From: an uncultured Clostridia bacterium
Lineage (GTDB): Bacteria; Bacillota; Clostridia; Christensenellales; UBA1242
Direction: 5' to 3'
DNA: 64,000 bases
NCBI GenBank assembly: GCA_944350015.1
Contig: CALVNW010000004.1
Coordinates: 8,750-72,749 of the forward strand
A model generated the notes under the pieces. It saw only the letters and a program-made list of their open reading frames with translations. It did no database searches and was not told where the DNA came from. Within the stretch, counting starts at the first letter, position 1. Every line of letters begins with the position of its first letter. A program made the position numbers and the translations under genes. Positions 35,592 to 45,791 of this stretch are shown piece by piece.

Positions 35592-35962
35592 ACATCTATT
35601 TGACTATCTTTCTATATGTGGCGTTTGGGGTAATCTCAGGCATTTTTGGCGGGCTGGGTATGGGTGGCGGGACACTTTTAATACCACTTCTTACCATCTT
35701 TTTAGGCTTTGACCAAAAGCTGAGCCAAGGGATAAATTTGGTATCCTTTGTAGTTATGGCAATCTTTGCCCTTCTTGTCCATTACAAGAACGGCTACATT
35801 CAAACAAGAGGCATCATTTACATCATCATAAGTGGTGTAATTTTTTCGGTTTTAGGGGCGCTACTTGCGGGATTTTTGCCAAGCGACTATCTCAGAATGG
35901 CGTTTGGGGTGTTTTTATGCCTATTATCTATAGTACAAGTTATAAAAGTAATCAAAAAATAG
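35588..35962 (+). CDS. TauE/SafE-family half-size membrane protein (second of a pair)
   Basis: ATGA overlap with the preceding gene. ISGIFGGLGMGGGTLLIPLL motif and four TM segments. Confidence 0.65.
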   Translation: MNIYLTIFLYVAFGVISGIFGGLGMGGGTLLIPLLTIFLGFDQKLSQGINLVSFVVMAIFALLVHYKNGYIQTRGIIYIIISGVIFSVLGALLAGFLPSDYLRMAFGVFLCLLSIVQVIKVIKK

Positions 35963-36012
35963 TTTACATTCTTGACAAAATATGATAAAATGGACCTACG
36001 GAGGAAAATTTA

Positions 36013-36210
36013 ATGGTAGACCAAAGCAAATGTATAGGCTGTGGAACTTGCGTTGCAATTTGCCCAGTAGGCGCAATCAAGTTTAACAGCGTTGGGAAAG
36101 CAGAAATAGACACAAAAATTTGTATAAGATGTGGGGCTTGTCAAGCAAGTTGTCCGGTTGAGGCTATAGACTTAAATAGGAGTAAAAATGGAAAAAATAG
36201 CAATAATTGA
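36013..36210 (+). CDS. 2x[4Fe-4S] ferredoxin
   Basis: CIGCGTCVAICP and CIRCGACQASCP. Confidence 0.85.
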   Translation: MVDQSKCIGCGTCVAICPVGAIKFNSVGKAEIDTKICIRCGACQASCPVEAIDLNRSKNGKNSNN

Positions 36211-37669
36211 GCTTAATGAAAAGGCATTAAAACTATCAATTTACAAGGTTAATAATGGCAAAAGTAATCTATCACTCGTTAAAAATCAAAGCGTTGCTTT
36301 AGCCGAAGAACTTGACGAAGGCGAACTTATAAACCCAAACACTAAAAATGAGATGCTTGAGGTACTAAAGGTATACCGCAAACTCATAGAAGGCTATGGG
36401 GTGAGCAAAATTTTATCGTTTGCAACCAACGTGCTATACAAAGCTAGAAATTATAGAGGCTTTCTTGACGAGGTGTTTAACAATACAGGTCTTAATTTTA
36501 TAATACTTAGCGATGAGGATTATATCAAAAATCTCTTCAATGCAGTAGTGAACAGTATTGACAGCGCAAAAGGGGTGTTCATTTATGTTGGCGCCTACAA
36601 TTTATACGTTGTCAAATATAATAGACGTGCCATACTTGGCAGTGTGATTTTGCCAATAGGAAGTTACCTCATTGACACAAGTATGGATATAGATGAGGCA
36701 GTCAAAGAGATAAAAAGTAAGATTGTAGTTGAAGGCTTTTTGCAAGACATTGATGACGACAGCAAGGTGGTAGGACTTGGTGATGCCTTTATTTCACTAG
36801 GTAAGATTGCTAAGAAGATTATGAGATATCCTCTTGATGTTGACAATAACTTTTTAATCACAAAGGAAAATATGACTAAAACCTTTGATTTTGTCAAAGG
36901 GCTTGACCTTGAAAAGATTAAAAAGATAAAGGGCATCGATTATGATGATGCAGGCCGAATAACCTCAGGTTTTGCCATCATCAAGGCGCTATTTGAAGTG
37001 CTTAATTTGAAAGAAGTTACAATCTCAACGGCAAACTTAAGGGCGGGGTTATTACAGGTGAACGTTCTCAGTCCAAATCAAGAGAAGTTTAATGACCTTT
37101 TAACTAATTCGCTTGAAAGTTACTATGAATTTAATAATGATGAGTTTTCAATAAATCAATATGTTTACAATATGTCAACCATACTCTTTAAGCAACTCAA
37201 GGTTATGCATAAACTGCCAAGATTTTATGTAAAACCGCTTAGAATTGCCTCATTTATGTATGATTGTGGCAAATGCATCAATAGCGAGCATTTTTCTAAA
37301 TATGGCTTTGAAAAGATTGTGTTTTCAGAGCTTGCAGGCGTCACACATAGAGAGCTTTTGATTGCAGGTTTCATATGTGTTTGTCAAAATCTTGATGACT
37401 TTTCTCTCAATGAGTGGATAAAATATAAGGATATTTTAACCGAGGAGGATATGGACGCCGTAAGAAAACTTGGCATCATTGTTAAACTTGCAGTTGCACT
37501 CAACGCCTCAAGAAAGCCTGTTGTGCAAGATATTGTCTGCGACATACTTGGCGACTCTATAATTATGAAAACGGTGGTTGAAGGCGACGCAAGCTACGAG
37601 ATACTTGAAGGTATGAAGGTAGCCCAAGATTATAAGAAGGTTTATAAGAAGAGCTTGCAAATTATTTAG
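36188..37669 (+). CDS. Ppx/GppA-family phosphatase-like protein with degenerate catalytic motifs
   Basis: The layout aligns by eye to Ppx/GppA: an ASKHA N-terminal part plus an HD-like C-terminal part (ASFMYDCGKCINSEHFSKYG). The DxGSNS motif reads IELNEKA and the DIGGxS motif reads YVGAYN. Confidence 0.45.
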   Translation: MEKIAIIELNEKALKLSIYKVNNGKSNLSLVKNQSVALAEELDEGELINPNTKNEMLEVLKVYRKLIEGYGVSKILSFATNVLYKARNYRGFLDEVFNNTGLNFIILSDEDYIKNLFNAVVNSIDSAKGVFIYVGAYNLYVVKYNRRAILGSVILPIGSYLIDTSMDIDEAVKEIKSKIVVEGFLQDIDDDSKVVGLGDAFISLGKIAKKIMRYPLDVDNNFLITKENMTKTFDFVKGLDLEKIKKIKGIDYDDAGRITSGFAIIKALFEVLNLKEVTISTANLRAGLLQVNVLSPNQEKFNDLLTNSLESYYEFNNDEFSINQYVYNMSTILFKQLKVMHKLPRFYVKPLRIASFMYDCGKCINSEHFSKYGFEKIVFSELAGVTHRELLIAGFICVCQNLDDFSLNEWIKYKDILTEEDMDAVRKLGIIVKLAVALNASRKPVVQDIVCDILGDSIIMKTVVEGDASYEILEGMKVAQDYKKVYKKSLQII

Positions 37670-37690
37670 TTTAGCGGGTAAACTTGTCTA

Positions 37691-37720
37691 TTAAGAGGCT
37701 ATCGTAGTAGCCTCTTAATT
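37691..37720 (+). terminator. terminator-like hairpin
   Basis: TTAAGAGGCT-atcgtagt-AGCCTCTTAA. The following T run is weak. Confidence 0.45.
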
Positions 37721-37770
37721 AATATTGATTGTAGGTTTTTAGCTAGATAACCTATATACAAGGAGAGCAT

Positions 37771-38772
37771 ATGAACAAATATAAATACGCGATTGAAATA
37801 GGCGGTTCTTATACCAAAATCTATGTGAAAGACAATGGCTTTGCACTGTGCGAGCCTACGCTTGTGTCAGCCGAGCCAACGCCACAAGGCTATCAAATAA
37901 TAGGACTTGGCAGTGAAGCTAAGGCTATGCTTGGCAAGACCAACGATAGCGTTGAGGTTTTTAGCCCTGTTTCAAATGGACAAATCAAGAATTATGAATA
38001 TACAAAGGCTCTTCTTATGCATTTTTTTGAAAAACTTGACTTTAAAAAGAATAGAGACTCAATACTAGTCTTAGTCAACTGCGGTCTTTCGCAAAAGGAT
38101 AAAGAGAGCTTTTTAAGCTTGCTCTATGAGATTGGCTTTAAAGAGGTTATGCTCATTCCAACGGTATTTTGTTCTCTTATAGGTGCAGGTAAAAATATAA
38201 GCTCAACTAAGGCGAATATGGTAGTAAATATTGGTGGCGGAAGCACCGATATTGCGGTAATCAATATGAATTCTATTGTAAAGGGCGCAACGCTTGGCTT
38301 AGGTGGGCGCGCTGTAGACGTGGCTATTGCAAACACAATTGCCTATAATAACGGACTTGTTATAGGACTTGGCACCAGCGAAAAACTCAAAGCCGAGGTA
38401 GGGAGTCTCTATCCAAACGACACTCTCAATATGGAAGTTACAGGGGTTGATATAGAGAGTAAAATCCCTCGCTCCTACATTATCTCGTCAAATGACCTAC
38501 TTGTTGTGCTAGAGCCATTCTTTGATGAGATTATACGAAGCATAGATGTCACAATAACCTCACTTCCGCCAGAGATTACCACTGATATAATCAATAACGG
38601 CGTGCTTTTTGTTGGCGGAATGAGCAATATCACAGGGCTTGACTATTACCTAAAAAATCACTTCAAGTACCCATTCAAAATAGTTGAGGACTGCGAAAAT
38701 GTCTCCATCTTAGGCGCTGGAAAACTGCTTGATGACCCTCAACTTCTTGAGAAAATCTACGAAAATACATAA
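37771..38772 (+). CDS. MreB/Mbl-like actin homologue (divergent)
   Basis: YAIEIGGSYTKIYV...CEPTLVS...VNIGGGSTDIAVI...FVGGMSNITGL. Phosphate-1 Asp is replaced by Glu and phosphate-2 Asp by Asn, relative to the MreB consensus DLGT / DIGGGT. Confidence 0.6.
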   Translation: MNKYKYAIEIGGSYTKIYVKDNGFALCEPTLVSAEPTPQGYQIIGLGSEAKAMLGKTNDSVEVFSPVSNGQIKNYEYTKALLMHFFEKLDFKKNRDSILVLVNCGLSQKDKESFLSLLYEIGFKEVMLIPTVFCSLIGAGKNISSTKANMVVNIGGGSTDIAVINMNSIVKGATLGLGGRAVDVAIANTIAYNNGLVIGLGTSEKLKAEVGSLYPNDTLNMEVTGVDIESKIPRSYIISSNDLLVVLEPFFDEIIRSIDVTITSLPPEITTDIINNGVLFVGGMSNITGLDYYLKNHFKYPFKIVEDCENVSILGAGKLLDDPQLLEKIYENT

Positions 38773-38848
38773 CAAGTGTTATTTAAAGCTTGTTTTTAAC
38801 TAAAAATAAATGTCTCCATTTACTTTTGACTAAAAGAGACAATAAAGG

Positions 38849-38875
38849 GAAGAATACGACAATTCTTCTCTTTTT
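38849..38875 (+). terminator. terminator-like hairpin
   Basis: GAAGAAT-acgaca-ATTCTTC followed by TCTTTTT. Confidence 0.5.
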
Positions 38876-38917
38876 ATATTGCCATCAATTTGATAAAATT
38901 GTTTTCAGAGGTGCAAT

Positions 38918-39709
38918 ATGGCAAGAAAGATAGTTTTAACAAGTGGTAAAGGCGGTGTTGGTAAAACGACAATCTGCGCAAATCTTGGTATTCAACTTGC
39001 AAAACTTGGGTTTAGGGTGGTTCTGCTTGATGTTGACATAGGGCTTAATAACCTAGATGTTGTTATGAATATTGAGGACCGCATAGTCTTTGATATCACC
39101 GACGTCATTATGGGTAGATGTAGACCAAAGCAAGCCCTTGTGCAAGACAAGAACATATCTTCGCTCTATGTTATGCCGAGTTTTTCTGCCTATAATAAGA
39201 CAAACATTCTTGGCGAGCATATAAAGAATGTCATCGACCAGCTTGATAGCAGTTTTGACTATATCCTCATCGACTGCCCAGCGGGCGTTGAGGCGGGCTT
39301 TCATAGGGCGGTTTTTCCTGCCAATGAGGCGATAATTGTTGTAACGCCACACCTGTCATCGATTAGGGACGCCGACAAGGTGATAGGACTTCTCAATGAT
39401 TATGATATAAGCTACAAAGGGCTTGTTGTCAATCGCGTGCGAGGCGACCTTCTACTAAACGGTCAAATGATGGCAGTTGAGAATATAGTCAGAGCGCTAA
39501 ATCTTCCTCTGCTTGGCGTTATCCCAGAGGACGATGCAATAGGTGAGTCCAACTCTCTCGGCGAGAGGGTGCAGTCGATAGAGAGTGCAAGGGCGTTCAC
39601 CCTGCTTAGCGAAAATATCCACAACGGTTCAAAGAAGATATTTGATTGCACATATAAATATCGCGGACTTGTAGGCTATTTGAAGCGAAACCTTAAAAAG
39701 CACGTTTAA
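38918..39709 (+). CDS. minD: septum site-determining ATPase MinD
   Basis: IVLTSGKGGVGKTT deviant Walker A, DCPAG, and a C-terminal amphipathic helix GLVGYLKRNLKK. Confidence 0.88.
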   Translation: MARKIVLTSGKGGVGKTTICANLGIQLAKLGFRVVLLDVDIGLNNLDVVMNIEDRIVFDITDVIMGRCRPKQALVQDKNISSLYVMPSFSAYNKTNILGEHIKNVIDQLDSSFDYILIDCPAGVEAGFHRAVFPANEAIIVVTPHLSSIRDADKVIGLLNDYDISYKGLVVNRVRGDLLLNGQMMAVENIVRALNLPLLGVIPEDDAIGESNSLGERVQSIESARAFTLLSENIHNGSKKIFDCTYKYRGLVGYLKRNLKKHV

Positions 39710-39944
39710 AACAAAAATATTTTATTTATTTTATAAAAAACTTCAAAGGACAATAGTAAGTAAAAATATTTTTAAAAAGACAATAAGAAAATAATGAAAA
39801 TATTTTAAAAAAGATAACAAATGAGTTAATAGAAAATTAATCGAAGTATTTAAAATATAAAATACTAAAAATATTTATTTTAAATAATAAAAATCAATTT
39901 TAAAAAAAATAGTTTAAAAAATCAAAAATAAGGTAGGGTGAAAT

Positions 39945-40175
39945 ATGGATTATAAAATAACCGAAAGAATTAAAAACATACTTGCAAGTGATAAGATGGC
40001 AGACCCGCAACACATATGTGAGGTTTTAAAAGATGAGCTAAAACCGCTTATTGAAAGCTATATAGAGCTTGACAGCGACATTCGCGTACGCTTTAAAAAG
40101 GAGCGCGATAAAAACATTTTTTGGATAGAGTTTTCAGCCGACCGCATTAAGCCTTTTGGCTATATTCCCTATTAA
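39945..40175 (+). CDS. minE: MinE-like topological specificity factor (short, divergent)
   Basis: ERIKNILASDKMADPQHICEVLKDELKPLIESYIELDSDIRVRFKKE aligns by eye to the MinE pattern (ERLQ.IL..DR...p..l..lk.ei..vi.kYv.id...v.v). It is separated from minD by a 235 nt AT-rich spacer. Confidence 0.5.
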   Translation: MDYKITERIKNILASDKMADPQHICEVLKDELKPLIESYIELDSDIRVRFKKERDKNIFWIEFSADRIKPFGYIPY

Positions 40176-40405
40176 TTTTATTTTATCCATAATTTATTAA
40201 ATATTTTTTATCAAATAAATTATTAAACGGTAATTTATATAGTAATTTTGTTTTATTAAATAATTTTTTATATAATTTTATCTATATATTTTTATTTACA
40301 ATAATTTTTATTTTCAAACAATAAAAATATTTTTTATAATTTAAAAAATTTTTAATATTAATATTATTGATATTATTAATATTATTATTTTTTATTTTTA
40401 GCTAC

Positions 40406-40443
40406 AAAAAACACATTAAGCTATTTTCGCTTAATGTGTTTTT
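40406..40443. terminator. bidirectional terminator hairpin
   Basis: A5-ACACATTAAGC-tattttc-GCTTAATGTGT-T4. Confidence 0.7.
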
Positions 40444-40576
40444 AAAAACCTTTAGTCACATATTTTTTATGCCTATATTCACTTGATTTTCCTATTTTCA
40501 TAATTCAATTATTAAATTTTTATTAATATCATAACTCAATCACTTAAAGGATAAAATCAAGAGTTTTTTAATAGAT

Positions 40577-43500
40577 TTAATTCTGATTGTAGCCACTTTC
40601 ACCGCTTTGAAGTGATGAGAAGGAAGCCTCAATTGTGACATCTCCAGTCAGGTGGTAGATATTGTTTTCAGCACCTTTCCAGCCTTGGAAGATATAGTAC
40701 CAGTAAACCTTGAATATCCAGTTACCAGTGGTATATTTACATCTTGCAACAAAAGCGCTTAAATCTACATCGCCTTCAAGGAATTTGTAAGACATTTGAG
40801 TTGTCTCAACGCCGTTATAGTATAGTTTTGCATTATCTTTCCACGGACTTGATGGCAACGAAACATCGTCATCAAGAATGTCAAAGGTGATAGTGTAGTA
40901 ATACTTATTAGTTACAGTCCAAGATGCGTTATAGGTTACATCACTATTTGGCATTATGGTAGAGCTTACTCCATAGCCATTAAAGGTGTAGGTGGTTTGC
41001 ATTGTCTGCGTGCCATCATCATAAACATAACTATTTTGAACAGGAACCTCAAAGTTGTCACCTTGATAGATTTGATAGGTCACCGTACTAGTATTGCCAT
41101 ACTCACTAGTAAAGGTTAGGGTGTAAAGGTTTCTGATATGAACGTCAAGGTCGCTCTCTGGCATTGTGAAGTTTACTATCTCTTGCAAGTAGCCTGCGTC
41201 ATAGTAGAACTTAGTGTTCTCGTCAACAACATCAACGTTTGAGAAGTCTATTGTATCGCTCGCCTTTACACGCAATGAGTCTACAAGTGTGCCGTTATCG
41301 TAGAGGTTAACCGAATAGGTTGCCTCAGATTTCACATAGTCCCACTTAGCAAACAGCGTAAGGTTTTGCGATGGCATAATAGTCTCTTCGAATCTGGTAT
41401 TTTCCTCGTATCCAGCACTTGTAAACCATCCGCCAAAAGAGTAGTAAGAGGTGATATTACCTTCAGTAACCTCTTTTGTGCTAAGAGAAGGCAGGGTGAT
41501 GCTTTCGCCTTCAAGCTTTTTGATGTCGTCAAAGGTTTTGTCACAGTTCGATACAAACCTGATTGTATAGTAATTTTGAGTAGAAGTAACCCACTTAGCA
41601 TACAGCATTAGGTCCTTTCGTGGCATAGTCTGGCTTGTAAATTCTTGCGTCAACGCCTCGTCCTCATACCATCCAGCAAAGTAATATTCGGTGCGTTTTG
41701 CGCCGTCATCAACCACATAATCTTCAAGCGACGGTAGTGATAAAACGTCTTTATAGTGGTAGCTTTGCTCCCCAAGTGACTGGTCGCTATTTGTTGTAAA
41801 GTTTACGTTGTAAAGAACCTCGCTTGTCATTTGCCACTCGCCGTTGCTAGCTTCCCATTCGGTCTCGCTAGAGTATTTGTAGTTATTGATGAAATCGTAA
41901 AGCGGTGACATATCGACACTCTTGCCATAATCGACAATTCTTGCGTCAGAGGTTGAAAGGGTGAGGGTGAAGATATCAGCAAGAGGCATATAGAGGCTAA
42001 GAGCCATATTGCCAATATAACTACGTCCGTCCTCTGTCTTTTGGAGCCCAAGCGACAAGGAAAGACTATCAAGGTCAGGGTTGTTTGTAAGCTCCTTCAT
42101 ATTGAGGTTGACTTTGAAGTTTTGGCTGTTTTCCACCGTGAAAGATTTGATGATATTGCCGTAGTCCATCGGCTCGGTACGCGGATTATTCATAGATTCT
42201 ATGATAGCGTTCATAATGGTGTCAGTAAAGCCAAAGCAATATTGAACGTAGTACATAGGGTCGCCAAAGAAGGTCTCTATTGCAACCTTAGTGCATTTTT
42301 CATATGTTCTTCCACCGCCAAAGAACTGCCCAACAGTCTCACTTCTATAAAGGTAGATATATCCTGCTTTATAATAGATGTAAAGCATTCTGTTTTTACC
42401 GCTATTTGTGTCATCAAATTGGTAAGGAACGTCGTTATTTACTCCCACCATCGTAGGTATCTCGCCAATTACACCATAAAGCTCAATATCTGCCTTGCCG
42501 ACAACATTAATAAGAATATCGAATGGTACCGACCAGCTTATATCGATGCCAGCAAGCGAGCCAAGGATATCAAACGTTCCAGTCACGTGGAACTCCTTGT
42601 CGTTTGACATATTTACAATGGCTTTCACAAGCTCATTTGCGCCAGATATGTCGATATAATTTTTGGTTTTATCAACATAGTTAAATGCGCCAAGCTCGTT
42701 AAAGGTTATCTTGCCACTGATTTCACTAGAAAGAGTGCTATCAAGATAGCAGTTGTCAAGTGATAAATACTTGATTTTGCCGTTTTCGCTTGCAAGCGTA
42801 ATGATTATATCAGTTGCATTTTCGTTGTCATAAACTTGTTTGCCGTCAAGCTTAATTGTTAGGGCGGAATTGTCAGCGCTTATCTCTTTAACCATCTTAA
42901 TGATGTTGATTATATCTTGAGCGCTAATTTCAATGCTTGCAATGTCGCTGTCTATCATTGAGAAGTCAAGGTCTAGGTCAATCTCAGATAGGAATGGAAT
43001 GCTTGAGGTATCAAAGCCCAGCACTTCAAGCACGATATATAGAAGCTCATTGAAGTTATCATTATTGATTTTAAGCAGAAGGCCGTTATAGTCAAAGTAG
43101 AGGATACTATCTTCAATGTTCACGCCAATATTGTTTTCACCTAAAGCGACATTTGCACTTAGCATTAGGCTGTCAGTCACATCAAGTTGAAGATTTCCGA
43201 CTACGCTTTGACCGCCGAATTGCATATCAACGCCAAGCTCAAATTGTTTGCTTTCAATGTAGTCAAGAACTTTGCCGGCGTAGTCAAGAAGGGTGGTGAC
43301 ATTGACATATTCGCCGTAAGGCGCAAAGATATTTGCCTTATCTTCAATTTCAATTTGCGCTGAGATGTCTTGATAGAGCAACTCCAAAGCTTTCAAATTA
43401 TTTTCGCTGAGTTTTATCTTGGCTTCAAGCCCGTCGAGAGCGTTTAGAACAAGCTCTTCGCTAGTAAGCTTGAACGTCATATTTTCTATTATTGACCCGA

Positions 43501-45775
43501 TATCAAGGCTTTCGGTATCGACGGACTCAACCTTGCCTAAAAGCTCATCAATGACCTCATCTAAATTAATTCCAAAGTAGTCATTTAAGAAGGTTTTTAC
43601 GCTATCAATATCACTTAAGCTAAACTGCAATTTAATGTTTTCAACTTCAACATAGACGGTCTTTTGATAGAGCATTACATTTGCTTCAAGTCCCAAGTAG
43701 CTTAGGTAGAGCGAAAGCGCTATATCTTCGTTTGCATAGTTAAGCGCGCCTTCAACGTGCAATTCTTGATAGTCAGCGACAAAGGTGAGATAGAACTCTT
43801 TGCCCATCACATAGCCATAGACATTGACTATAGTGTCTGCAAGGTCCTCAATATTTGTATATTCGCTTTCAACTATTATAGGCACATTTATAGCCTCGCT
43901 TGAAACTTTGATTTGACCTTCAAAAGCGATATCGCCGTAGTTTACATTCAAGCCTAGCTCCTTTTCTCCGTTTGTAAGAGAGAGGGTGAGTTTGTTAAGT
44001 AAAGTTACAATAAACCCATTCTCAGTCTTTTCAAACTTTGTGATAAGAAGAGGATTGATTTCACTATTGATTAAATCGCCTAAGCTCTCAGTAATTTTAG
44101 AGCTGTCTGTAATATTAACATTAGGCGCAAATTTTGCAAGCAATTTTTCTACAACATTACCTATATTTGAAAGGTCACATACAATCTTAGTTTCGCTTAC
44201 CTCAATGTACACCTTGCCATTCATAACTGTCAAAACAATATCTTGACCAAATAGGGTGGTAGTAAGTCTTACAAAAGCATTATCGCCTTTAACTAACGTG
44301 TAATTGATGTCAATTTTGTGCTCTCCGATAGTTATGATGCCATTTCCTACAAACGCATCACTTTGAAGCATATCAAGTATATTCTCAAGGGTAGGGAAAA
44401 GGTCAGAAAGCTCTACATAATTTTCTTCGCTTGTGCCTCTTTCGATGGCGATAAAGTCTATAACATCAAGGTCTGCTTTAGCATCAAAGGCGTCAACGCT
44501 AATTCCTGAGAAACTTTCGCCATTAAGCTTGATTACAAACTGACCAACATCTCTTATGATGAGTGTTGCGCCCTTTTCGTCTACCTTAAAGCTTTCAATT
44601 ATGCTTAGGTCAATCGAGCTTAAATCAATTTGCTCTAGGCTAATCTGTGGAAGTTTAGCACTATCTATAACACTAGAGAAGTCGCCACTTTCAAGTCCAG
44701 AAACAATAGAACTTATAAGCTCACTTGGTATTTCAAGACCAAAATAGTTTTCAAGCAAAGCACAAAGTTTGTCTGCTTGAGATAGGTCAAATTTAAGATA
44801 GATGTTATTAAATTCGAGGTATAAATTATTGTCAACAAATAGGATATTTGCGCTGTAGCCTTCATAATTTACGGCAAGCTTTGCACTCTTGCTGTCAAGG
44901 TCAAGATAAAGCTGACCATTTACCGCGATATTATCATAAATTACATCTAAATCAAAGGCAAATTGTTTGTTTGTAAAGTAATCAACAAGACTAACGCCAA
45001 CATCAATAACATCGGTTATGTTGATGTAGTCGTCATCGTTTACAACTTCGATATCAGAGCTTTGTGGATAGTCGATATTCGCCGAAGCGCTGATGCCTAC
45101 ACCATCTAAAGAAAATTGAGGAAGCTCAAAGCCTAGCAGGTGATAGTCAGAAGAGCATCTGAGATTAATTGAAAGCCCTTCCAGCATAGAGATGTCTATT
45201 ATAAGGTCAACACTGCCGTCAGCATTTTCAACCTTGTCAAAGTTAGATAAAAGTACAAGTATAGAATTTACGTCAAGTCCGCCTAAAACCGAACTTATAT
45301 CAGGAAGCTCAACGCCGAGTAGTTCGGTAATTTGCCCAATAGAGCTCGCAAGACTGTCAGTTGCAAGCATAAATTTGCCATTAAAAAGCTCAAAATAGAC
45401 GCAATTGTTTTGGTAAACAAGACCGATATCGAAATTTTCCTGACTAATAGCAAGATTTAGATTAGCGTCAACTTGGATATTATCAAAGCCTTCAGATAAG
45501 TCAACTTGACCATCAAGCGAAATGCTAATAGGATTGTTTCCAGTGTCAACCGAGGCTTGCACTTCAAGGTCAATCACTTCTGAAGAGGTCAAATTATTGA
45601 TGATTGCATTAATCTCATCTGCGACAACGGCAGGTGGGGTTTGACTTCCGCCTCCAGTACCAACTTGCTCATTTGAGATATTGTTCATAGAAATAGAGAT
45701 GACGCCGTAAGCCGATGCCAACGAAATGAACATATAAATTAATGAATAGGATAAAAATTTTAAAATTTTTCTCAT
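40577..45775 (-). CDS. giant TM-anchored envelope protein with five novel repeats of about 190 aa plus C-terminal InlB-B/Flg_new-type repeats
   Basis: 1732 aa with N-terminal anchor FLSYSLIYMFISLASAYGVISI. The repeat signature occurs at aa ~100-165, 285-350, 505-552, 675-740 and 860-925. Examples are NCVYFELFNGKFMLATDSL..ELLGVELP, NNLYLEFNNIYLKFDLSQ..ENYFGLEIP, GKVYIEVSETKIVCDLSN..KLLAKFAP, KTVYVEVENIKLQFSLSD..NDYFGINL and SILYFDYNGLLLKINNDN..LEVLGFDT. Residues ~1320-1720 carry YYFAGWYEDE..LYAKW, YSFGGWFTS..LFAKW and IFQGWKG motifs. Confidence 0.7.
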   Translation of the reverse strand: MRKILKFLSYSLIYMFISLASAYGVISISMNNISNEQVGTGGGSQTPPAVVADEINAIINNLTSSEVIDLEVQASVDTGNNPISISLDGQVDLSEGFDNIQVDANLNLAISQENFDIGLVYQNNCVYFELFNGKFMLATDSLASSIGQITELLGVELPDISSVLGGLDVNSILVLLSNFDKVENADGSVDLIIDISMLEGLSINLRCSSDYHLLGFELPQFSLDGVGISASANIDYPQSSDIEVVNDDDYINITDVIDVGVSLVDYFTNKQFAFDLDVIYDNIAVNGQLYLDLDSKSAKLAVNYEGYSANILFVDNNLYLEFNNIYLKFDLSQADKLCALLENYFGLEIPSELISSIVSGLESGDFSSVIDSAKLPQISLEQIDLSSIDLSIIESFKVDEKGATLIIRDVGQFVIKLNGESFSGISVDAFDAKADLDVIDFIAIERGTSEENYVELSDLFPTLENILDMLQSDAFVGNGIITIGEHKIDINYTLVKGDNAFVRLTTTLFGQDIVLTVMNGKVYIEVSETKIVCDLSNIGNVVEKLLAKFAPNVNITDSSKITESLGDLINSEINPLLITKFEKTENGFIVTLLNKLTLSLTNGEKELGLNVNYGDIAFEGQIKVSSEAINVPIIVESEYTNIEDLADTIVNVYGYVMGKEFYLTFVADYQELHVEGALNYANEDIALSLYLSYLGLEANVMLYQKTVYVEVENIKLQFSLSDIDSVKTFLNDYFGINLDEVIDELLGKVESVDTESLDIGSIIENMTFKLTSEELVLNALDGLEAKIKLSENNLKALELLYQDISAQIEIEDKANIFAPYGEYVNVTTLLDYAGKVLDYIESKQFELGVDMQFGGQSVVGNLQLDVTDSLMLSANVALGENNIGVNIEDSILYFDYNGLLLKINNDNFNELLYIVLEVLGFDTSSIPFLSEIDLDLDFSMIDSDIASIEISAQDIINIIKMVKEISADNSALTIKLDGKQVYDNENATDIIITLASENGKIKYLSLDNCYLDSTLSSEISGKITFNELGAFNYVDKTKNYIDISGANELVKAIVNMSNDKEFHVTGTFDILGSLAGIDISWSVPFDILINVVGKADIELYGVIGEIPTMVGVNNDVPYQFDDTNSGKNRMLYIYYKAGYIYLYRSETVGQFFGGGRTYEKCTKVAIETFFGDPMYYVQYCFGFTDTIMNAIIESMNNPRTEPMDYGNIIKSFTVENSQNFKVNLNMKELTNNPDLDSLSLSLGLQKTEDGRSYIGNMALSLYMPLADIFTLTLSTSDARIVDYGKSVDMSPLYDFINNYKYSSETEWEASNGEWQMTSEVLYNVNFTTNSDQSLGEQSYHYKDVLSLPSLEDYVVDDGAKRTEYYFAGWYEDEALTQEFTSQTMPRKDLMLYAKWVTSTQNYYTIRFVSNCDKTFDDIKKLEGESITLPSLSTKEVTEGNITSYYSFGGWFTSAGYEENTRFEETIMPSQNLTLFAKWDYVKSEATYSVNLYDNGTLVDSLRVKASDTIDFSNVDVVDENTKFYYDAGYLQEIVNFTMPESDLDVHIRNLYTLTFTSEYGNTSTVTYQIYQGDNFEVPVQNSYVYDDGTQTMQTTYTFNGYGVSSTIMPNSDVTYNASWTVTNKYYYTITFDILDDDVSLPSSPWKDNAKLYYNGVETTQMSYKFLEGDVDLSAFVARCKYTTGNWIFKVYWYYIFQGWKGAENNIYHLTGDVTIEASFSSLQSGESGYNQN

Positions 45776-45791
45776 AATAATACCCTTTTAT

